A stretch of DNA of 44,431 bases from Ruegeria sp. Its GTDB lineage: Bacteria; Pseudomonadota; Alphaproteobacteria; Rhodobacterales; Rhodobacteraceae. A program made the position numbers and the translations under genes. The notes under the pieces were generated by a model. The model saw only the letters and a program-made list of their open reading frames with translations. It was not told the DNA's origin and searched no databases. Positions 18,723 through 28,700 of the stretch are shown here, in pieces (the stretch's first letter is position 1; each line of letters opens with the position of its first letter). Location of the stretch: positions 1 through 44,431 of the forward strand of contig JBPCWT010000331.1 of NCBI GenBank assembly GCA_051009255.1, read 5' to 3'.

Positions 18723-19829
18723 ATGCAAAACATCAAAGCGGCGGTTTGCCGGGAATTCAACAAGCCCTTGGTCATCGAAGATGTGCAGATCGCACCACCC
18801 GGAATGGGCGAAGTCGAAGTGACCCTTGATGCTGTGGCCATCTGCCACTCGGATATCACGTATGCCACCGGGGCATGGGGCGGGTTTCTGCCTGCTGTTT
18901 ACGGGCACGAGGCCGCTGGCATAATCACGGCCGTTGGTGATGCCGCAGGTGATTTTCAAATCGGCGACCCGGTGGTCGCAACACTGATCCGCGCCTGTGG
19001 TTCCTGCCCGTCCTGCGCTGGTGGCAAACCCACGATCTGCGAAACGCCCTATGACACCGTGAACGGCCCATTGCGCACCGCCGATGGTGGGCCGCTGGAA
19101 CAGGCCATGGCCTGCGGTGCCTTCGCGGAAAAGGTTGTGGTCAGCCACCGCCAGATCGTCAGGATTCCCGACACCATGCCCAAGGACGTGGCCAGCCTGC
19201 TGTCCTGCGGTGTTATCACCGGTGTAGGTGCCGCCGTGAACGCAGCTGGTCTGCGACCCGGTCAGGATGTTGTGGTGATCGGCGCTGGCGGCGTCGGCTT
19301 GAACGCCATTCAGGGTGCGCGCATCGCCGGTGCCCGCCGGATCGTCGCCGTCGACATGACCGAGGAAAAGCTGGACATCGCCATGGAATTCGGCGCAACC
19401 CACGGGGTTCTGGCAACGCTCAAATCACCTTGGAAAGCTGCGTACAAGGCGTTGGGCGGGCGCGGCGCCGACGCAGTCCTGATTACCGTAGGCGCCATAC
19501 CTGCCTATGATCAGGCACCGCGTTACTTGGGTCGCGGCGGCAAAGCCATCATGATTGGCATGCCGCATTCGGGCGCTCAGGCCAACTATGAGCCGGTCAT
19601 AATGGCGGCAATCGGTCAGGGGATCATCGGCTCGAAAATGGGCGATGTAGTTATTCAGCGTGACATACCGTGGATGATTGATCTGTACGAACAGGGCCGC
19701 CTGAAACTGGACGAACTGATTTCGGGCCGCTGGTCTCTGGACCAGATCAACGAGGCAATCGAAGACACTAAGACCGGCAGCGCCAAGCGCAACGTCATCA
19801 TATTTGACCGGGATGGTTCGGCTGGCTAA
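18723..19829 (+). CDS. Zn-dependent alcohol dehydrogenase (class III-like MDR)
   Basis: CHSD, GHEAAG, structural-Zn C-x2-C-x2-C-x7-C and GAGGVG. Confidence 0.92.
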   Translation: MQNIKAAVCREFNKPLVIEDVQIAPPGMGEVEVTLDAVAICHSDITYATGAWGGFLPAVYGHEAAGIITAVGDAAGDFQIGDPVVATLIRACGSCPSCAGGKPTICETPYDTVNGPLRTADGGPLEQAMACGAFAEKVVVSHRQIVRIPDTMPKDVASLLSCGVITGVGAAVNAAGLRPGQDVVVIGAGGVGLNAIQGARIAGARRIVAVDMTEEKLDIAMEFGATHGVLATLKSPWKAAYKALGGRGADAVLITVGAIPAYDQAPRYLGRGGKAIMIGMPHSGAQANYEPVIMAAIGQGIIGSKMGDVVIQRDIPWMIDLYEQGRLKLDELISGRWSLDQINEAIEDTKTGSAKRNVIIFDRDGSAG

Positions 19830-19853
19830 CGCCATGCTCAGGGAGAGAACGCA

Positions 19854-21086
19854 ATGAAACTGCAAGATCTGGACGTGATTGTCACCGCACCTCCGGCACC
19901 CGGCTGGGGCGGGCGGTACTGGATTTTGGTCAAGGTCACGACAGACACCGGCATAACCGGCTGGGGCGAATGTTATGCCTCTTCTGTCGGCCCTCAGGCC
20001 ATGACCCATGTAATCCGGGATGTGTTCGAACGGCACATGCAGGGCGAAAACCCGGAGAACATCGAACTGATGTTCCGCCGCGTGTATTCCAGCGGTTTCA
20101 CGCAGCGGCCCGACCTGACCGTAATGGGGGCGTTTTCAGGTCTGGAAATCGCGTGCTGGGATATTCTGGGCAAAGACCGCGACAGACCGGTTCACGCGTT
20201 GATCGGTGGCCGGATGAACGAACGCATCCGGGCCTATACCTATCTCTATCCCCTGCCCCAACATAATTTGTCGGACTTCTGGACCTCGCCTGATCAGGCA
20301 GGCGAATGCGCCGCTGAAATGGTCCGGCGGGGATACACCGCCGTCAAGTTTGATCCGGCTGGCCCTTATACCATCCGTGGCGGCCATATGCCTGCAATGA
20401 CCGACATCTCCATGTCCGTTGCCTTCTGCAAGGCGATCCGCGAGGCCGTAGGGGACAAGGCTGACTTGCTGTTCGGCACTCATGGGCAATTCAACACTGC
20501 CGGTGCAATAAGACTGGGTCAGGCGTTAGAGCCATACTCGCCCCTGTGGTTCGAAGAACCCACGCCTCCGGACATGATCCAGGATATGGCCCGCGTTGCC
20601 CGAAATGTGCGCATCCCCGTGGCAACCGGTGAACGCATGACGACCAAGGCAGAATTCGGCGCGGTCCTGCGCGCGGGTGCCGCAGAAATCCTGCAACCCG
20701 CGCTTGGGCGCGCAGGCGGCATATGGGAAATGAAAAAAGTCGCGGCCATGGCCGAGGTGTTCAACGCGCAATTAGCGCCACACCTGTACGCCGGTCCGAT
20801 CGAATGGGCGGCAAACATCCACCTGGCGGCATCGATCCCAAATATCCTGTTGCTGGAATCCATCGAAACGCCCTTCCACGATCAGTTGATCAAGGGAACA
20901 ATCCGGGTCGAGGACGGCTTTGTAACGCCACCATCTGCACCCGGTCTGGGCATAGACGTGGACGAGGAACTGGCCCGTGCAAACCCCTATTCCGGCGATG
21001 GCCTGCACCTGCAGATGCAAGAAGAGCCCTGCGATTACCAACACGGCAACGCCTTTCAGGGCGGTGCCCCCGCAACAGAGGGGTGA
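19854..21086 (+). CDS. mandelate racemase/muconate lactonizing (enolase superfamily) enzyme
   Basis: TDTGITGWGE, SGLEIACWDILGK, WFEEP, ATGER, APH and PGLG. Confidence 0.92.
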   Translation: MKLQDLDVIVTAPPAPGWGGRYWILVKVTTDTGITGWGECYASSVGPQAMTHVIRDVFERHMQGENPENIELMFRRVYSSGFTQRPDLTVMGAFSGLEIACWDILGKDRDRPVHALIGGRMNERIRAYTYLYPLPQHNLSDFWTSPDQAGECAAEMVRRGYTAVKFDPAGPYTIRGGHMPAMTDISMSVAFCKAIREAVGDKADLLFGTHGQFNTAGAIRLGQALEPYSPLWFEEPTPPDMIQDMARVARNVRIPVATGERMTTKAEFGAVLRAGAAEILQPALGRAGGIWEMKKVAAMAEVFNAQLAPHLYAGPIEWAANIHLAASIPNILLLESIETPFHDQLIKGTIRVEDGFVTPPSAPGLGIDVDEELARANPYSGDGLHLQMQEEPCDYQHGNAFQGGAPATEG

Positions 21087-21100
21087 CAAGCCTGCTTATG

Positions 21101-21119
21101 TTGGGGCATATTGCCCCAA
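21101..21119 (+). terminator. possible terminator hairpin or operator between the enolase gene and the arsR-family gene
   Basis: TTGGGGCA-TAT-TGCCCCAA, 8-bp perfect stem 14 nt after the stop; weak U tail. Confidence 0.4.
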
Positions 21120-21143
21120 TTCTGAGTTGCAGGACGTAAGTAC

Positions 21144-21485
21144 GTGACCATTCAAGAGAACGTTTCTAGTGCCCTATCGCCGGAAACCCCGACGGATATG
21201 CAGCAAAGCGCCACACAGGCAGCTGCCTTTCTCAAGACGCTGGCGCACGAAGGTCGCCTGATGATCCTGTGCCATTTGGGCGCTGGTGAAAAATCTGTGG
21301 GTGAATTGGAAAGCCTGCTGGAAATGCGTCAGGCCGCTGTCAGCCAGATGCTCGCCCGACTGCGCGAAGAAGGCATCGTTACAACGCGCCGCGACGGCAA
21401 GACGATTTATTATTCCCTCAAAGACACCAACACCGCGCAGATGATCGAGCTGCTTTACAGCCTGTTCTGCAAACCTGGCGGTTAA
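21144..21485 (+). CDS. ArsR/SmtB-family repressor, SqrR/BigR-like persulfide sensor
   Basis: LAHEGRLMILCHL, RQAAVSQ, RRDGKTIYYSL and C-terminal LFC carry the two Cys characteristic of SqrR/BigR. Confidence 0.85.
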   Translation: MTIQENVSSALSPETPTDMQQSATQAAAFLKTLAHEGRLMILCHLGAGEKSVGELESLLEMRQAAVSQMLARLREEGIVTTRRDGKTIYYSLKDTNTAQMIELLYSLFCKPGG

Positions 21486-21491
21486 CGGGCG

Positions 21492-24400
21492 TCAGCTCGA
21501 CACGTATCCGGCGACAACCTGCAACAGTTTGAACGCGGTCGCGGCGTCGTTTTCGACAACGGCCAGAAATTCTTCTTCGCCGATGCGCAGACAGGTCAGA
21601 TCGGTCTCGGCCACCATGCTCAGTGCACGCGGCTCTTTGCGGATCAGACCCAGTTCACCGACAAGCGTTCCCGCACCGACGCGCGTGATCAACTGATCCT
21701 CGGCATCTTTCTGGGGCAGGTACAGCCCCGCTTCGCCATCAATGATCATATATGCGCCGTCTTTCGGCTGATCGTCCTTCAGGAAAACAACCTCGCCTGC
21801 CTTGGCTTCGTACCAGCGCGCACCAAATGCCAGCAGGCGCAACTGTTTACGGTCCAGTTCGGAAAACAGCGGCGTTTGTTCCAACGCCCGCAACTTTCGC
21901 ACTAGGTCAGCCGAGGCAGCCCCATCCTCTTCGATTTCCATCGGCCCCTCCTCTGACACAACTCTGCCCTGTCGAACCTCGATGTGCAAATCAAATGCAT
22001 CGGGGCTCTCGAACTGATCGTTCAGATAAATAACCGTCGTGTCGGGCAGCAGATTCCGCAGGTTTTTGTAAACCGCGACTTGCGTTGCCATGTCATAGCT
22101 GGCCAGCGCATTCTCCAGAATCAGGATATTCGGCTTCTTGATTGTCGCGCGAGTGAATGCCAGGGGTTCGGCAAAAACCGCAGGCAGGTTCTGTCCGCCC
22201 AACGCAACCGGAACATCATAAATCAGCTCGACCACCATCGGACGCGCACCGCTTTTGGCCAGAACCTCCACGATCACCTTGCGCACCTCGTCCGAGCGCG
22301 CGCCCCCGACCTGGCTGACCTTTCCGAACAGCGCATTTTCCATCACCGTCAGACCCGGCGCGAATTTTTCGGGGTCCAGCGGAACAAAAACGTCCTGCAA
22401 CCGCTCTAGCAACTTACCGGAATGGCTGTGCCGTAACTCCAGTATCCGGCTCATCAGCTCCTCAGAAAAGGCCGGGCCGATCTGTTCGGCGGAAATCACA
22501 AAGGGCACCGCCAACAGATTGGCAAGCTGCGCATCGTCCAGACCTGCAGCCCCCTCCTTGCGGGTGCGTTCAACCAGTTCCACCGCCGCTTCATAAGTTT
22601 TGGCGTCCAGTCCCAGTTTGCGGAACAAGGGGTGATCGGTGCCGTCCAGACCAAAAATCTGACGCAACATATCGATCACATCACGCGTCAGCTGAACCAA
22701 GGTTTCGTCCAGACCCAACTCTCGCAACTGACCCAGAAAAACCCTTTGTTCGGCCAACAGCTCTTGCGTGACCGGCACCCGCGGCGTTGCGAACAACAGG
22801 TTTTCCGCAACCGGTAGCGCCGGGTTATAACTGTCGCGGTCAAATACCAGCGCCTGATTTTCAAGCCCCGCGTCCCGTATCGCCTGCTGCACCTGCGGAC
22901 GAATTTCAATCAGCTTTTCTGCAAGTTCTGCATGCGTTTCGGGATTAAATACCTGATCGGCCCCGCGACGGAACAACGTGGCCCCCGAACCCATCCCGTC
23001 AATCAGCCTCAGCCACCATTCCCGCAGGTTGTCCGCGCTTTCCAGTCCGGCCAGCGTCGGATCCAGCCATTCCGCGTTGAAAGGATCAGAGCTGTTGCCG
23101 GCATTCAGCCCCTCTTGAAACGCCCGGTCATCAGGAGTTTCCGAAATCGGCTTATACCGCATGGGCATCATAACGTTGTCGCCCAGCGTGCCCTGAAACA
23201 TGACGGGGCGCGAAGTCGCGTAACCAATGCATGCCGCAATGACCCCCTGATGCAATTGCGACAGGTCCTTTTCATTTATCAATACCTTGCCGGAACTTGG
23301 CAGAACCTCTCGGGTCAGCAATTGACCCAACGCACGCCTGTCTTCTTCGCTGGGCGCCGAGATACCGATCATTTTTCCGCCGGGCAGCGTAACATCAAGA
23401 TCGTCCAGAACATGATTTCCGTCGATATCCCGTACGGAAACACCATCCAGAACTATATCGCCGTCCAGTTTCGTGCGCTCTTCCGGCTCACCCTCGAACA
23501 GGTTTTCGTCCAAAATTCCATCCGGGGCAAAGCGTTCGACAACGACATCCCAACGCAGCGACATATCCTGCGTCTGGTTGTAATAAGTCAGCAGTTCCTT
23601 CCACGGCGAGCTCAGATCCTTGTAGGCCGCCAATGCCGCAACCAAGGCACCCAAAGACACCGACCCCTGCAACACCAGCAAACCGCCAATCATGTAGAAC
23701 ATGAACGGCGTCAGTTGCGAAATGAAGTTATTGATAAACTTCATAAAGAACTTCTTCTGGTAGATCTCGAAACGGATACCGAACAGCCGCCCCAACTGGT
23801 CCGAAACCATCGCCCGGCGATAACGCCACCCACCATTGCCGCGCAATGTCGATGCACCCGCCGCGTTTTCACCAATCTGTGCCGCCAATACACGCACTTC
23901 CTGAATGCGTTTCTTGTTCAGCAGGTTGATCTGCCGCTGCAGCCTGGGGATCAGCCACGCCTGCAATGGGATTAGCGACACAGCTGCCAGACCAAACCAG
24001 AAACTTTGCAAGAACAGGAACGAAAGAATGGTCAGCATCTGTCCCGCCTGCAGCACCGGCTGGCTGATCGCATCACCCATCAGACCGCCCATCGGTTCGC
24101 TTTCAGCGGTCACCATGGAAACCAACTCGCCCTGACTGACCCTTTCAAAATAGGGCTGCGGGAACCGCAGGATCCGGCTGATCAACTGATAACGCAGCCG
24201 GCGCAGCATACGCTCGCTCAGGACACCTTTCATCGTGTTGATGCGCATCTTCATCAAACCATGCGCAAGAACCGCCAGCAGAAAGCCAAAGCACAGAATG
24301 ATCAGAAAGGTCATTTGGTCAAAGGTGAACCCCAACACGTCTACCGTTGGCGTGGCAGAGCCGATGGCGTCATTGATGATACGTTTGGGCAGTTCCAGCG

Positions 24401-24500
24401 TCAGGTACAACAGCGGGAACAGCGTCGTGGTCACCGCAAGCAGAATCAACTGATCGCGTTTGGAGTACTTCCAAATGAACCGGAATAATGTGCGTTCTAT
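21492..24500 (-). CDS. ABC exporter-like fusion: transmembrane domain + degenerate split NBD + C-terminal cyclic-nucleotide-binding domain
   Basis: N-terminal TM helices with LELPKRIIN and C-terminal GELGL...PRA phosphate-binding cassette. The frame stays open upstream of the track's TTG (24449) to a TAA at 24543-24545; start placed at ATA 24500. Confidence 0.82.
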   Translation of the reverse strand: MERTLFRFIWKYSKRDQLILLAVTTTLFPLLYLTLELPKRIINDAIGSATPTVDVLGFTFDQMTFLIILCFGFLLAVLAHGLMKMRINTMKGVLSERMLRRLRYQLISRILRFPQPYFERVSQGELVSMVTAESEPMGGLMGDAISQPVLQAGQMLTILSFLFLQSFWFGLAAVSLIPLQAWLIPRLQRQINLLNKKRIQEVRVLAAQIGENAAGASTLRGNGGWRYRRAMVSDQLGRLFGIRFEIYQKKFFMKFINNFISQLTPFMFYMIGGLLVLQGSVSLGALVAALAAYKDLSSPWKELLTYYNQTQDMSLRWDVVVERFAPDGILDENLFEGEPEERTKLDGDIVLDGVSVRDIDGNHVLDDLDVTLPGGKMIGISAPSEEDRRALGQLLTREVLPSSGKVLINEKDLSQLHQGVIAACIGYATSRPVMFQGTLGDNVMMPMRYKPISETPDDRAFQEGLNAGNSSDPFNAEWLDPTLAGLESADNLREWWLRLIDGMGSGATLFRRGADQVFNPETHAELAEKLIEIRPQVQQAIRDAGLENQALVFDRDSYNPALPVAENLLFATPRVPVTQELLAEQRVFLGQLRELGLDETLVQLTRDVIDMLRQIFGLDGTDHPLFRKLGLDAKTYEAAVELVERTRKEGAAGLDDAQLANLLAVPFVISAEQIGPAFSEELMSRILELRHSHSGKLLERLQDVFVPLDPEKFAPGLTVMENALFGKVSQVGGARSDEVRKVIVEVLAKSGARPMVVELIYDVPVALGGQNLPAVFAEPLAFTRATIKKPNILILENALASYDMATQVAVYKNLRNLLPDTTVIYLNDQFESPDAFDLHIEVRQGRVVSEEGPMEIEEDGAASADLVRKLRALEQTPLFSELDRKQLRLLAFGARWYEAKAGEVVFLKDDQPKDGAYMIIDGEAGLYLPQKDAEDQLITRVGAGTLVGELGLIRKEPRALSMVAETDLTCLRIGEEEFLAVVENDAATAFKLLQVVAGYVSS

Positions 24501-24702
24501 GGAATCTGTCCCTGATTTTGATGCACCGAGAAGCCTCGGAGTTTACCATGTTTTTTAGAAGAATGAATCTATCGCAATCATGTCAAGCGACGCAAACAGT
24601 TTCCATTATGCGCACTTATACGCTGTGTTCGAACAAGTTCATTTGCGAAATCCGAATTAAATCCCTAATCTTAAAGTTGAGGGAGATATTGGGAGGACGC
24701 AT

Positions 24703-25092
24703 TTGCCTGCTACGATTGGCACGGTGTTGTTATTGCTCTGTCTATTGCAGATCAAACACATGTTCGCCGACTATTACTTGCAGACACCCAAGATGCTTTC
24801 GGGACGGGGTGAATACCTTCATTGGGGCCGCGCACAGCATGCCGCCGTACATGCCATTGGTTCGGTGCTGATTTTTCTATTGTTCCAGGCACCGCTGAGT
24901 TTCATCCTGATCATTGCCGCTCTGGAATGGATCGTTCACTTCAATATTGATTTCGCCAAGGCCAGCTATTCGGACAAAAAACAGCTGCAACCGTCACAGG
25001 CCGCGTTCTGGCGCGCCACCGGGCTTGACCAGTGTTTGCACAACCTGACCTATGTCGCGATGGCGTGGGCCTGGGTTAAATTCGTGGCCTAG
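24703..25092 (+). CDS. DUF3307-like small membrane protein
   Basis: KHMFADYYLQ, HAAVH, HFNIDFAK and GLDQCLH motifs; TTG start with GGAGGA SD. Confidence 0.8.
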   Translation: MPATIGTVLLLLCLLQIKHMFADYYLQTPKMLSGRGEYLHWGRAQHAAVHAIGSVLIFLLFQAPLSFILIIAALEWIVHFNIDFAKASYSDKKQLQPSQAAFWRATGLDQCLHNLTYVAMAWAWVKFVA

Positions 25093-25099
25093 CAGTGAT

Positions 25100-25561
25100 T
25101 TAGGCCTCTACCGGATGATCGCGCTTGATCGTCCGCAACACCACATTGGTCTGGGCGCTGGCGACTGCCGACAGGCGGAACAGGAACTCTTCCAGAAAAG
25201 TGTTATACGCCGCCAGATCCTTGCACATGACGCGCAAATGATAATCTGACTGCCCCGTTGTGGCGTAACATTCCTGCACTTCGGCGCAGCGATCTATGGC
25301 CCGGATAAACTCGACGATCTTTTCCGGGTCATGTCGTGTAAGATGAACATGAACAATTGCTTCGAAATTCTGCCCCATGGCCGACGGGTTCAATACGATC
25401 CCGTACCGTTCAATGACCCCGGCCTTTTCCAACGCGCGTACGCGTCGCCACAAGGCAGACGCAGACATGCCAACGGCATAAGCAAGATCGACATTCGAGA
25501 TTCGACTGTCCTGCTGCAATTTTTTGAGAATGAGCCGATCGCGTCTGTCAAGTTCGATCAT
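25100..25561 (-). CDS. Lrp/AsnC-family transcriptional regulator
   Basis: LDRRDRLILKKLQQDSRIS, RRVRALEKAGVI and ECYATTGQSDY; divergent from the ior gene. Confidence 0.93.
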   Translation of the reverse strand: MIELDRRDRLILKKLQQDSRISNVDLAYAVGMSASALWRRVRALEKAGVIERYGIVLNPSAMGQNFEAIVHVHLTRHDPEKIVEFIRAIDRCAEVQECYATTGQSDYHLRVMCKDLAAYNTFLEEFLFRLSAVASAQTNVVLRTIKRDHPVEA

Positions 25562-25704
25562 TTTGAAATGGCCTTTCAAATTAACGACGGTTTTTGAACA
25601 CGTATTTCAGAATCATAGGTCCATTTCGTCAAGTTCGGCACCAAATTTCAAGGACAACGGTCTAAAATTTCCCAGATTTTACATTTTTCGATTGGAACGC
25701 CGTG

Positions 25705-28700
25705 ATGAGCCGCCATGAAACCGCTCTGCCAATGTATCAACTTGAGGATCGTTATAACCTGAATTCCGGCCGGGTGTTTCTGACCGGAACGCAGGCGCTG
25801 GCACGAATAATGCTGGATCAGGCCCGTCGGGATCAGGCGGCTGGGCTGAACACCGCCGGTTTTGTATCTGGCTATCGCGGCTCACCCTTGGGCGGTCTGG
25901 ATCTGGAACTTTGGCGTGCGCGCGACAAAATGCAGGCAAACCGCATCACCTTTATGCCTGCCGTAAACGAAGACCTTGGGGCCACGGCGGTTCTGGGCGC
26001 GCAACAGGCCACCCTTGATCCTCATTGCGAGGCCGAGGGCATATTCTCGATGTGGTACGGCAAAGGCCCGGGCGTGGATCGTTCGGGGGATGCGTTAAAA
26101 CACGGCAACGCCTATGGCTCGGCCCCCATGGGTGGTGTTCTGGTCGTGGCCGGTGACGATCATGGCTGCGTCAGCTCATCAATGCCGCATCAGTCTGACG
26201 TGGCATTCATGGCGTGGTTCATGCCGACGCTCAATCCGGCATCAGTCGAAGAATACCTTGAATTTGGCGAATACGGTTTCGCCCTGTCGCGCTTCTCTGG
26301 CACATGGGTCGGATTCAAGGCTGTCTCGGAAACCGTCGAAAGCGCCCGTTCGGTTGATCTCAGACCGGACCGGGAATTCCTGCTGCCTGAAATCGACATC
26401 CCTGCAAACGGGTTGCACGTCCGCGCAGCCGATCTGCCCTCGCCCGAAATTGAAACGCGCATTCAGCACAAGCTGCGCGCCGTGCGTGCCTTTGCCGAGG
26501 CCAACCCGATAGACAGGCGCATCTATGATATCGACAAGGCAACATTCGGCTTTGTAACCACGGGCAAAGGTCACCTGGACCTGATGGAGGCGCTGCGCCT
26601 GCTGGGTCTGGACGAATCCGCCTGCCGCCAGCTGGGTATCGACATCTACAAGGTCGGCATGGTCTGGCCCCTGGCCCGCCGAAATGCGCTGAGGTTCGTC
26701 AGGGGCAAATCCGAGGTTCTGGTCGTCGAAGAAAAGCGCGGCATTATCGAAAGCCAGTTCAAGGAATATTTCTATGACTGGCCCGGCGACAAGCCGCACA
26801 AGATGGTGGGCAAATACGACAGCCACGGCGAACCGCTGATCCCTTGGACAGGCGAGCTGAGCCCCCTGATGCTGGTTCCCATCGTAGCCGACCGGCTGCA
26901 CTCGTTTTTCCCCGAAGAAAACCTGCCAGCAAAGGCAAAGGCGCTGACAGACACGCCGCCACAACTGATCAACGTCACGGGCGCAACCCGCACGCCCTAT
27001 TTCTGTTCAGGCTGCCCGCACAACACCTCGACCAAAGTTCCAGAAGGATCGACAGCCGCCAGCGGTATCGGCTGTCATGTCATGGCCTCGTGGATGGATC
27101 GTCAGACCGTGGGCTACGCCCAGATGGGCGGCGAAGGTGTGCCGCATGTGGTGGCGTCCCGGTTCAATGGCGGAAAGCACATCTTTCAGAACTTAGGCGA
27201 GGGTACGTGGTATCATTCCGGCTCGCTGGCGATCCGGCAGGCCGTCGCGGCAGGCACCAACATCACCTACAAGATCCTTTACAATGACGCGGTCGCGATG
27301 ACAGGCGGCCAACCGGTGGACGGACCGATCAGCGTGGCCGGAATCGCCCAGACCTGCCGGGCCGAAGGCGTGGAACGAATTGCCATCGTCTCGGACGACA
27401 TCGCAAAGTTTCATCACGCCGATTTCCCCGCACAAACCACATTCCATGACCGCGCCCAAATGGACGCCTTGCAGCGCGAGATGCGCGAGATTACCGGCGT
27501 CACGGTTCTGATCTATGAACAGACCTGCGCCACCGAAAAGCGCCGCCGCCGCAAGCGCGGCACGATGGAAGACCCCAACAAGTTCGTCTGGATCAACGAT
27601 CTTGTCTGCGAAGGCTGCGGCGACTGCTCTGTCGCGTCCAACTGCCTGAGTGTCGAGCCACGCGAAACACCGCTGGGCCGCAAGCGCAAGATCAACCTCA
27701 GCTCCTGTAACAAGGATTTTTCCTGCCTGAATGGGTTCTGCCCCAGCTTTGTAACGGTCGAAGGCGCAACGCGCCGGAAAAAACAAGTCGACCTGAATCT
27801 GGCAGATATGGAAACCGGCCTGCCCGATCCGAAATTACTACTCCTTGATGACCCATTCGATCTGTTGGTTACGGGTGTCGGCGGGACTGGCGTTGTGACA
27901 GTCGGCGCCCTGATAACCATGGCCGCGCATCTCGAAGGCCGGGGAGCGTCGGTTCTGGATTTCACCGGTTTTGCGCAAAAATTCGGAACCGTCCTCAGCT
28001 ATATTCGATTGGGCACATCCCCCGACGCTCTCAATCAGGTGCGCATCGATCAGGGAACGGCGGATGCCGTCATAGGATGTGATATCGTCGTCAGTTCCGC
28101 GCCAAAGGCGTCAACCCACTATCGTAAAGGCACCCAAGTTGTGCTGAACCGGGCCGAAATGCCAACCGGCGATCTGGTGCTGCGCCGCGACGCCCAACTG
28201 AACGTTGACGCTCGCGAACAGGCAATCTCGGCCGTTGTCGGCGCAGAAAATGTCCACGGTTTCGATGCAAATGCAATTGCCGAAGAACTGCTTGGCGACA
28301 CGGTTTTCGCAAATGTCATCATGCTGGGCCATGCGTGGCAGTTGGGGCTTGTCCCCGTATCGCACAGCGCCTTGGGTCAGGCCATTTTGCTGAACGGTGT
28401 AGCCATTGATAAGAACCGGCTAGCCTTTGCTATCGGGCGTTGCATGGCTGCTGATCCACAGCGATTAACGGAATACTCGGAACCGACGCACCAGACAGAA
28501 ACACTGGACCAGATGATCGCGCGCCGCGCTGCGTTTCTGGTGGATTATCAGGATGCCGCCTATTCGGGACGCTACACCAGCCGCATTGAACAGATTCGAG
28601 CCGCCTTGCCCCAAGCATCCGACGACGTAATCCGCAGCGTCGCCCGAAACCTGTTCCGCTTCATGTCCAGCAAGGATGAGTTCGAGGTCGCGCGCCTGAT

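Noticed and set aside
24554-24570. TTTAGAA resembling half of an Irr ICE box (TTTAGAA-N3-TTCTAAA)
   Set aside because: The second half-site (TGAATCT) does not match; likely chance in an AT-rich spacer.
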